Source: Octopus sinensis
Taxonomy: Eukaryota
Assembly (NCBI RefSeq): GCF_006345805.1
Contig: NC_042997.1
Coordinates: forward strand, 150,908,001-150,972,000
Length of the DNA stretch: 64,000 nucleotides
Direction of reading: 5' to 3'
In this document: one piece after another, positions 53,885-64,000 of the stretch
How positions within the stretch are numbered: the first letter of the stretch is position 1
How the letters are laid out: every line of letters starts with the position of its first letter
Position numbers and translations under genes: made by a program
The notes under the pieces: generated by a model
What the model saw: only the letters and a program-made list of their open reading frames with translations
Told to the model about the DNA's origin: nothing
Databases searched by the model: none

Positions 53885-54850
53885 GCGGCACTAGAAGCGA
53901 TGCCATTTTTCTTTGGCTCATCAGAGAGGTGAATCCAATACTTCACGATCCATAGATCCGGCTGCTTTCTCTGAATGACCTCCCTCAAATGCTTCAAAAC
54001 GTGACCGCAGAACTCTCCATTAACACTCTGGGGAGACGAATTCTCGATCTACAATACCGTGGATGTCGAACAAACGATGAGCATGCTCTTGAGAGCAGCC
54101 GCACTGTCGTGTCTTCTTCCGTAGTGGAGATGAAGGCTTGTTCCATCGTGACGACTGCTGCTTTGTCTCTGGGTCGTACCTATAGACCCAATTCTCGTTA
54201 GCGGTGATGGCCCTCGACATGAAGTACGGGTCATCCACGGCACGTTGATGGACAACTTGACAGACTTCGACGTGATGTTATTTCTGCTCAATGGCCAGCA
54301 AGCGAGGAACAAAGTCAGCAGAGACACGCTGCATGTTCAATTTAGGCGTTAGGATTAGCTGCACGGACGCATACGACAGACCAACAACATCAGTGATGCT
54401 GTTCTTGTCTTCCGCCGATCCTCATTCAAAAGCTGATGAATTTTCACCACGTTTCCGGGAGTGACGCTTGTAACAAGTCTTGCAGATCATTCTTCGTCCT
54501 CGTGGGACCTCTTCCACTTTTGAAGACCCCGTGCAACTTGAAACATGGCGTACAAACCATTGCTTCGTCGCTGTGAGCTTGCTGAAGCATGGTCAGTACT
54601 CTATAGCAGACTTCACATGTTTAACTCAAACTTTCACGTTGTCTTTGTTCCTATCCATGATAAAATCGCAGAATACGGCACAGATGTGATCACAAAGACA
54701 CAAATTTCGCAACTTGCGGAGTAAATAGAGCGATGTAACTCGGTACATTGCCTCATGAATATCACTGCTATTTCTCACTCTGCATGCAACCGTGCGCTGC
54801 CATCGGTGGGCACGCTACAGAAATAGTCGGGAAATGTTTGGCTCTACTTA
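53885..54850 (-). mobile_element. Mariner-like element, decayed
   Basis: FMSRAITANENWVYRYDPETKQQSSRW…FDIHGIVDREFV…HLREVIQRKQPDLW. Confidence 0.9.
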
Positions 54851-55534
54851 ATACAACTTGCTGCGGGGTTGGAACCTCGGTGTCTAAATAATGTGTGAGA
54901 TGATAAACAAAGCTTGTCCGAGGGCGGATGCACTTATGGAAATCAGCGACCATCCAATACTGTGTACACAGGCTTCATCCTGGTACATATCATGGATAAC
55001 TGATGACTTTGGTGCAGAAAACAAAGTGACTTCACAAAAGATCGATATTTTCAACAGTGATCGGGTGAAATAATTCCCATCACGAAATAACAATGTAATT
55101 TGGAAAGTAGGCATATTGTACCACATTACTGGGAGTGAATGACGCCAATTTCTTATTATGTTATCATTTTAGGAAAAAGAAAACGAAAGCCCAAATGTAA
55201 ATCTTGCGACTCGATGTTGACTGGTTCTTCTTTCGGTGTGAGTGTCACCCTTATTCAGAAAATGGGATTGGTTGTAAGTAAGGCTTCCTTCCTCCTCATT
55301 TTACAAAGCATTATTGTTGTATCGTCAATGACGTTATGTGTGTGTGTTTGTGTGTGTGTGTATGTGTGTGTGCAAAACTATATCTCAGTAACAAATGTAA
55401 CCGTAACAAATATAAGCAATGTAATAAGAGTTGGTTATCTTATGAATGTTCGCACAATAATGCCCCAACGTATAATCAATAGTGAGACTAACGCTCTCAT
55501 AGTTTGTCCGCGAAGTTCGATTTTCCCTATTTTC

Positions 55535-56870
55535 CCACCAGGGGCCAACATCGTGGGGACAATTCAGTACAGACAAACATAGATGAGTAAGCGTGTTCGC
55601 TTTAACATGGGCTGGTTTACATATGATTAAAATCGAATATAAATCGAAAAAAATCGAGTAAAAGGAAATGATATCGAATAAAATGACGCAGGTTGAAAAT
55701 TTATAATTTCCTGTAAACTTACGAGATGTCGAATTGACCCACCGGCTTTGTTCGACATTCTATCATGTTTTTCTCGATTGTTATACAAGCCTGGCTTCAT
55801 TCGCTTGTGGCATCTTTACTACAGGCGTCCATATTTTCGCAAACACGCTTTGCGACAAGTACCTCCTGTCCAGACACACAAACCCTCGCCCGTGGATGAA
55901 GGTAGCCGATGCAATTTCTCTTTTACGCGTCTTCCACAGTGTCTATCACCGTGGCTACTACACGGACGAAATACGCCTGCCTCTCCTTGTTAAAGGAAGG
56001 AAGCGGTACAATCTTGATGGATCCAGCCGTTAGCTGTACTCTTTCTCGCGTTAACATCAGCTGTTCAACATCGGCTATCATCTCTCTTATTTCCGCTCAC
56101 TGCACGAAGACGTGCAGGACAGTTTCATCGTGCTGCCCGAACTTCAGGCATGTTGGAGGGACCGCACAGCCGTACATTGACAGCTTCTCTAACCTGAGCG
56201 TTCGATTTTCTTTACTGGCCCACCAGGGACCAACATAGAGGGAACAATGTAGGTCGTACAAACATAGATGTGTAGCGTATTCGCACTAACATGGGGGGCG
56301 TGGGGTTAACACAAGATTAAAATCTAAATAAATTAAAAAATCGAATGGGAGAAAATGAAATCGAATAAACTAGAGGTCAATAATTTATAATTTTCTGTAA
56401 ACTGTCGCGTTGACCCATAGGCATTGTTCGACATTCTATTCTATATTTCTCGATGCCTATACCAGCCTGGCTTCATTCGCTCGTAGCATTCTCACTACGG
56501 GCGTCCATCTTTGCGACTGGTATCGCCTCTCCAGACGGATTTTAGGGGATGAAGGTAACCGACGCAATTCCTCCTTTACACGTCTTTCACACAGTCTCTT
56601 TCAGTATGGCTACTACACAGAAACTACACGTTTACTTCTCCTTGTTAAAGGAAAGAGGCAGTACAATCTTGATGATGCTTTCAGCCGATAGCTGTACTAT
56701 TTGATTTGTTGATATCAGCTGCTGGACATAGGCTATCAGCTTCCTTATTTCCGCACGCTGCACGAAGACGTGCAGGACAGTTTCAGTGGCACACCTGCAC
56801 TTTGAGCATGGCGGTGCGAGGGCACAAACGTGCCTTGCCAGCCTCTTCGACCTGACAGCTCATTCTATTT
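55535..56870 (-). mobile_element. Two tandem Tx1/L1-clade 3' ends (685-bp period)
   Basis: CPTCLKFGQHDETVLHVFVQ zinc-knuckle region plus T-rich 3' UTR; ccaccaggg recurs at 55535 and 56220. Confidence 0.7.
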
Positions 56871-57099
56871 ATAAGACTTGTTCAGTCCACAACAATTATG
56901 CTGAGGTGTCACTTGGCATCAAGAACGAAGAAACTGCCGTCATGTACGTACAATATTGAATATGGTATCGAGACAAAAAAATAAACAAACCATCCAGCGT
57001 TATACGTGTTTCTTTGCTTCTCTCTGCCTCTCTCTCTCTCTCTCTTTCTTTCTTTTATATTATTTATATATTATATGCTGCATTAATATAAATTAACAC

Positions 57100-57535
57100 T
57101 CTTCCCCAACAAATTATCACCATGTATATATGATTTTACGAATGGTATCAATGATAATGATTAAGACTATGCCAATGATAACAAGTAACGTCATCACCGT
57201 AGCCATCAGCTTCAGGGTTAAAACAAGCATCACTATCGTCCAATTTATTATGATGTATACCACAATCGATATTATATTAATATTGTTATTATTGATGCCG
57301 ATATAACTGACATTATTTGTCATCATCAATCTCACAAAAGACAATTATCATCATCATCATCATCGTCGTAGTCGTCGTCGTCGTCATCATCATCATCATA
57401 ATCATCATTGTCAACATGACCACTACCACCACCGCCATCATCACCATCATCATCACCTTCATCATCGCCACAACCAGTACCATCATCAACATCTTCATCG
57501 TCGTCATCATCGTCACCATCAATCATCAAGAAGGT
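57100..57535. repeat. Degenerate (CAT)/(CGT) trinucleotide region
   Basis: Directly visible. Confidence 0.9.
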
Positions 57536-58778
57536 AATCAGGGTTTCTTTTTTTAGTGGAATGAAAGTTATTTTGTTTCATACAAAGAATGAACTTTAGT
57601 CAATTCATTTTTTCATTTTGTTCAAGAAACATTTGCAGACTTTCTGGCATCTTCATGATTCCGCGCTCATAGAATGCTGGTCCTTATCAGCCAAAACCTG
57701 AAGGAAGCTTGATTTCAGGTCATCATCATTATTGAATGTTTTACCATTCAAAGAATTTTGCAAACTTCGAAATAAATGGTAATCTGATGATGCAAGGTCA
57801 GGGCTGTATGGTGTATATGATATCATTTCTCAACCAAGATTCAATATTTTTCACGAGGTAGCAAAGTCATGTGTGGTCGAGCGTTGTCTTGGTGGAACTC
57901 GATTCCTTTACCATTTGCCAAATTTGGCCGTTTTTCTTTTATTGCTTCCTCCAGATTAATTAGTTGTTGACAGTGAACATCTCAATCGATATTTTGGTTT
58001 CTTGGAAACAGCTCAAAATACACAACACCTACATAATCCCACCAAATTGAGAGCATGGCTTTCATTTGATGCCATTCAGATTTCGATGTGTTTTTTCCTG
58101 GTTCATTACATTTGGATCATGATCGTTTTCGATTGATGTTATTGTAGACAATCCATTTGTCATCCCCAGTGGTGACTCGTTTAAAAAAATTTCGATTTCA
58201 TCGCATTTGAGATGCATATAGCAAATATTGATTTGTTATGTTAAATTAATCCTTTTCAATTTATGTGGAACCGAAATATCGAGCTTCTTAACGAATCCAA
58301 AATATTTTGAGTGATTTTCAATTGTTGTGTGTGACACATTCAATCTCTGAAATCTCACGTAGAGTTATATAATAATTAGATTCAACTATGGCTTTCATTC
58401 GGTCATGATCAACTTCAGTAAGTCGACCAGAACGTTGGTCATCTTTGAGAGCAAAATCTCCAGAACGGAATTTTTAAAACCATTTCTAACGTGTGTATTC
58501 TGTTAAGCAATAAACACCGCAAACCTCATATATTTCTTTGTGAGACTCAGCAACTTTTTTGCTTTTGCAGAAATATTAAAAAATACGGCGAAATCGTTCG
58601 TTCATGTTAAAATTTACACTGAACTAACAGCTATCAACAAAATTATGCGCAATTTGTAAACTAAAAGTAAAGGGTAGCAAATGTCAAAAGGAAAGAAATC
58701 AAAACATTGACAAAAGTCATTAAAAAAGATCGTAAACTTTATTTGCGGAAACGAAATTATTTTCTTGCCAACCCAATA
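57530..58778 (-). mobile_element. Mariner (Hsmar1/Mos1-like), near full length, decayed
   Basis: TIR tattgggttggcaagaaaataatt; VPHKL; FHQDNARPH; PYSPDLASSDYHLFRSLQNSLNGKTF. Confidence 0.92.
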
Positions 58779-58782
58779 CAGT

Positions 58783-59155
58783 TGTGGTAATTACAAATGA
58801 TTTTCTGGGAAACAAGAAAGCAGTCGGGAATCCCAAAATGGTGGACGACACTCTGGATAACTTTGCAGAGTTGGAAACAAATATGAGAATGAAACAATAC
58901 TATTTTTATAGTCACCTTGAGAAATTCAATGAAATCTTGCTGAGAACGTTTCCGTCAGGACATTAAATCAATGGGAACAAAGGTATGAAACCAGGTGGGA
59001 CTTGGATGTGATGGTGGATTATTGATGGAACTTGGCTCTTAAGATTCATGAGGTTCAGCACTCAAGAAAATACTTCAAAGCAAAAGTCATAGGAAAGTAG
59101 GCATAAAGCACGACGTAATTTGTCTCTTGAAATTTTAAGATTTTTACTAGTGTTC
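58783..59155 (+). mobile_element. DNA transposase C-terminal remnant (Chapaev/CMC-like, family tentative)
   Basis: FLGNKKA…NMRMKQYYFYSHLEKF…ERFRQDIKSM…RWD..MVDY*W resembles the FLGN…HSHLD.FPENLG..SDE.GERFHQDI family. Confidence 0.55.
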
Positions 59156-62007
59156 AGTAGAATTTTTAGAAAAAATTTGGTTGCGAAGAAAAGCTAATTT
59201 CTATGTATGTTTGTATGTTATGCCTTATTCTCCACAAGCTGTTTTATAGAAAAAAGAATTAGAATCTATGGATGAAGTATCTTAAAATCTAGACTTGAAA
59301 ATAAATGGATGTCGTTTTAGAATTCTTTCTGTGAAGAAAAAAATTTCAGGTATAATGTTTTTCACAGCAGAGGAAAAATAGTTACCCTTAGTTATCAAAG
59401 TTTAAAACCCCCATGTGAATTAATGGCTGAAGTATTTATCACAAAGCATGCGCACACATTTTGTTAGCCTACGTTTATCTATAGAATCGTACTTGTCCAT
59501 GTGAAAAGTACTTATGCACGTGCTTAAGCGCGCGCGCAGGTGTGTCTGTGAGTGAGTGTTTGTAATTCATTGGAAAATATGAAATTGTTATTACCGGTAC
59601 GTGTCCGAAAATAAGCTATTGACATAATCACCTTCGAAGCCAAACATACTGGGAAGTACTAATTACATCCGAAAGCTGACATATGACAGACTGCTTTAAC
59701 CTACTGTAAGAATTTCGGATGAATAATAATATTCCACTTACAAAGTTTAAAATACTGTTTCCATTTAACCCAAGTCTACAATATTGGCACAAATTTGCCT
59801 TTCCTCCTTTTCACCTCTTGTCCTCGTCCCTCGATGAGACACTATATAGTACCTGTTTGTTCTACCAGAACATTTCTTGCTTCAGTTTAATAACGCCCTT
59901 TCATTCTCATCGACAAAACTGACATCGAACAGAATGACTTGTCAGTACTATAATTTTTATGATGTCTACTTTGATAATTATTTTGGGCCAATATTGCTTA
60001 GAATCCAACTAATTCAGATTTATTGCAAAATCTTTGTATGATGGACACATAGAATCAATGAGAAGTGGATAACTTGAAATCTGGATTATGGCATGGGATT
60101 ATCAGTGATACCACTCATGTTCATATGTTCCTTACATAGCTGCCCCTTCCCTTCTGTATAGATTACTATGTAGCATTTTACTTGTTTGCTATGTTCGATA
60201 GATATCTGCTAATATAGTAGCTAAAGAAATCTTCGATCTTAATGCAACGACACTTTCAAAAGCATATTACCCAGGCACCAGTAATTTCCCTCATATTGCA
60301 ACTGCCAATATCGCTTAATTATTTCGAAAATAGAAGCCCTGCTGCTTATTTTCTGAAGAAGTAACAATTGTTTAAATTTACTCTCTGCTTAGCTGCTAGT
60401 TATTTTACCGACTGTGTGGGGGATGAAAGGAAAAGTGGACGCTTGTGGGATTTCATCCTAGAACATCATGGGATTCCATCGGCCAATCTATTGATTCTGT
60501 CAATCCAGTAATAACAACATTGAAAATATTAATGAGTTCCGGATTGACTGTCAACATGGATTATGAAAACATATCTCTTTGAAAAACATAAACAGCAAAA
60601 AATGAAATAAAACTCCTGTATCGAAGATCAAATTTTACAAAGCAATTAGATAGTGGCGTACAGCTAATACATGTTCTTATTATCTCCAAAATATCCTTTT
60701 TCAAATAGGAAATGACAACTTACGATCACAATAAAGTAGTATGCACGCAAAACAGCAACAAAGCAAAATGAATCGACTTAAAACAAAAGCAATGCTTAAT
60801 ATATCAACTATGACTAACACTGCAAACAGCAATACAAACAACGCACGTCGAGTCACGATTTATGAGAAATGGCTTAATTTAAGTCAATCACGCTACGATA
60901 GCACGTGTAAATCAAGAGTGAGAAGCAATCCCCTTCTCAAGTATTAAACATCAGCAAAAACTTAGGATGCCTCTTGAAAATTTCCATCAAAAAGTGAATG
61001 CTAAAAAGACATACAGGGAAATGCTACATGTATAGTGCCGAGCCAACAAGGAAGATACTAGATACTTATTAGAAATATAAGATCTGGAAGATAAATTTCC
61101 ATTAATGTTTAGATTACCATCATTAAAATACATAAATGTACTGGTTACATAATCCTGAAAATAATGTTCTAGGAAAGAGAAATACGAAAATATTGCTATT
61201 GCTTGCATTGCCGGACGAAAGTTGGATATCCTAATGAAGAAGAAAAAAGGGCTAAGAATCTTACTGTTTAAAAGAACAGGCAAACAATATTAAATAGTGG
61301 CTGCTCTTCAATTAGACTTAATATCTTCAAAATTGTAACGTAATTTTTAGGAAAATACTCATTTAATATCGTCAAGCAACAGCATTTCATAATATTTCAG
61401 ATGGGAAAATCTCACTTCGTAAACTATTCCACAATTAGCACGACAAAATTAAGTGTGACAAGCAGCTATTTTCATTTAAAACGGACTAGCTTCCCCTTGG
61501 AATAAATTTACAATATCTCAGCCCGTCACCCTTAGAATTAAAAGTAATAAACACAACGCAATCTCATTTGAATTAGGGAAGGGAAAGTTAACAACTCGCA
61601 AAAATATCATTTTATTGAACGATAAAGAATGATCAATACATATGACATTCACATAACAAGGCCCAGGGAATAAATTTAGTATTCTTACGAAAACTTAATA
61701 CTGGTGTTCGCAAATCTCTAATTACACACCGGAAAGAAGAAATACATGAAGTAAAGACCTCACAATAGACATAAAATGAAATATACTGTTGCTATTTAGA
61801 ACTGCCAATTCAAATCAAGTATAATACAGTGTATATGTATTCATAATAAATTGCACCTCAGCAACTTATGTTATTAATATGGTTTTGAATGTGTCTTTAT
61901 ACATATATACATACATACACATATACATGCATACTTACATACATGCATACATACATACATGCATGCATACATACATACATACATACATACATACATACAT
62001 ACATACA

Positions 62008-62043
<36 letters not shown>

Positions 62044-62059
62044 CACATACATATATTCA

Positions 62060-63450
62060 TAAATACAGTAAAACAGCATTCAATAAAACAGTGGCCAGCA
62101 ATGTGTCTGCAGTGCCAGTACACATACACGCATTGGGGCTGCTTGGTTCAATGCTTGTTGAGATCCGAGCCATTGATGTAAAAAGCACGCTAATTTCCAC
62201 ATAAACAGTGACGGAGACTGCTCCTATCTAAAACGAAAACAATGGGGCAGAATCTTAACATCGATCAAAAAGCCTTTTGAATGTCACATAATACTCCTTC
62301 TGCAACATATTTTATGTACCAAGAGTCGAAGTCCATCCCTTGACCAAGTTTTCATGCATGAAGCTATCAGCTTATTGTATGAAGACTTGGAAGGCAGCTC
62401 CTTGAGCAACACTCTTTATCTGATATCCTAGAATACATGCTCAAAGAGGTCGAACGACTCTACCGCAACGTATTATGAGATGAAATGATGAGCCTATATA
62501 AACAGAAAACTATGTATATATATGTCAGTAGAAAGCTCTGCGATGATAGTAACATCGATCTTCAAAGCAGTTTATTCTGGCCCAATAGCCGAAATACTAC
62601 CTCCCACTTTGAAGGATATGCGTTTGCAATCCATGAGCAGGAAATATCAGCCAAATACCTAATGCACAAAAGGGATACAGATGTAGGAATAGCAGTAAAA
62701 TGTGACAATCGATGTAGACTTTGTGGAGCCCACACTGAAGATATGACACACATCATAAGCAGTTGTCCGATAATGTCATCACGGTATTATCTGCCGATTA
62801 GACATGATGTAGCTAGGACACTCAATGATGAAATCCGTCGGAAGGATTATCCCGAGGACAAAGAAATAAAAACCACTCACAATGTGGTAGAAGCCATAGG
62901 CACTCATAATAGAAAAGGAATACTGGTGGAATATCCCCGTGAAGACCTCAAAATAAAATGCAAGGGCAACAGATCTGATATAATGATTTTGGATGGAGAA
63001 CAGAAACTGAGCACAGTGGAAATTTGCTGCTCAGCGGATGTTAACATAAGTTTGAAGCTCAGTGAAAAAGAGAAAACCTATGCTGAACAATTGAGATATC
63101 TGCAGTTACTCTATCCCAATGCTTCTCAAAAACAGAGAGGAGAAATCTAATTCGAAGGCTACAGAACCAGCCCATCACAGGAACTGTAAAGTCTGTAAAA
63201 CTTTTGGGAAGATTATCATTTAAATAGTTATGAGCATGTCTAGACATGCAACTATATGCATGAGAATACAGACATAAAACATGCACATACATACATACGT
63301 ACGTAATTCCATACGTGCATTAATACCCTGTTGTTGATGTTCATATTCCAATAAAGGTGCCTTGGATACAGTTTAGAAACCGGTTCTTTCTCTATTTGCA
63401 AGAAATATTGAACAATGTATGTCATAAACTGAATAATGACATACATATAT
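62060..63450 (+). mobile_element. R4-clade-like (RLE) non-LTR element, 5'-truncated
   Basis: NFHINSD…; ORF 62485-63150 has EGYAFAIHEQEI…CRLCGAHTEDMTHIISSCP…RHD…GNRSDIMI…VEICCSADVN…KEKTYAEQL (CCHC plus RLE motifs). Flanked by (CATA)n. Confidence 0.88.
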
Positions 63451-64000
63451 ACATGCATACATGTGCCTATGTTTTGTGTATATCCACACAGGACAAAGGA
63501 AAATTACAACATGATTTGTTCAGCACCCTGGTTTTGTACAATAATAGCCTAAAATATACTGCAAAATAACTCCACATAACAGTGCACAGTTCTTCTTTAC
63601 AGTTTCAACTGACACTTACACAACAGTATCATTTACTGAAAACAATAGAGAAGCTGGACATGAAAGGAAGAGCATTGATCAGGATATTTGTTTCTGCGTG
63701 TAAAATAAAAAGATCTCCAAACAATCAGAGTCATCTACATCTCTGTTTAACTGTGCAACTATAATAAAAAAAATAGTATCTCCGTTAATCCAGCCAATAA
63801 AATATAAAATTAAAATGATAATACACACAGAAATACTCACATAATGATTATTATAAGGAAACATATGTGCTATCATAAGTTGTACATCGACGATTATTGT
63901 AGCAGATATGCGGCAACAATCGTGGTTAGATAGCGTCGACTTAATATGATTTTAAACGCTCGCTATATCTACTAGTAGTAATAACCATTTCACCGTCAAA

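Noticed and set aside
53890-53925. Minus-strand CUGAUGA-GCCA…UGGC
   Set aside because: Not followed by GAAA, and it lies in a mariner coding remnant.
54995-55030. CUGAUGA…GAAA on the plus strand
   Set aside because: No stem II pairing directly between the core segments.
57117-57556. Poly-Met/Asp/Ile ORFs
   Set aside because: Degenerate (CAT)n repeat with no domain or splice support.
60987-61283. 98-aa minus-strand ORF with hydrophobic ends
   Set aside because: No recognisable domain; composition is as expected for random AT-rich sequence.

Overview
AT-rich eukaryotic DNA saturated with microsatellites ((TA)n, (CA)n, (CATA)n, (GATA)n, (GAA)n) and transposon relics. The SINE families and repeat style look like a coleoid cephalopod, probably Octopus (inference). 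I found no confident host protein-coding gene, only a few weak candidate exons, and most ORF-track entries are microsatellite artefacts. Recognisable elements: Tc1, mariner and Tigger/pogo DNA transposons, CR1-, RTE/BovB-, Tx1- and R4-like LINEs, Penelope-like (GIY-YIG) elements, tRNA-derived SINEs and one 100-N gap. The main signal is non-coding. Hammerhead-ribozyme (HHR) motifs from several unrelated sequence families occur here: two canonical type I HHRs 350 nt apart in a tandem, retrozyme-like repeat (22891-23487), a complete HHR inside a 592-bp fold-back element (5258-5849), and further HHR-like modules that repeatedly sit as head-to-head inverted pairs. All structures were paired by eye; none was computed or tested.
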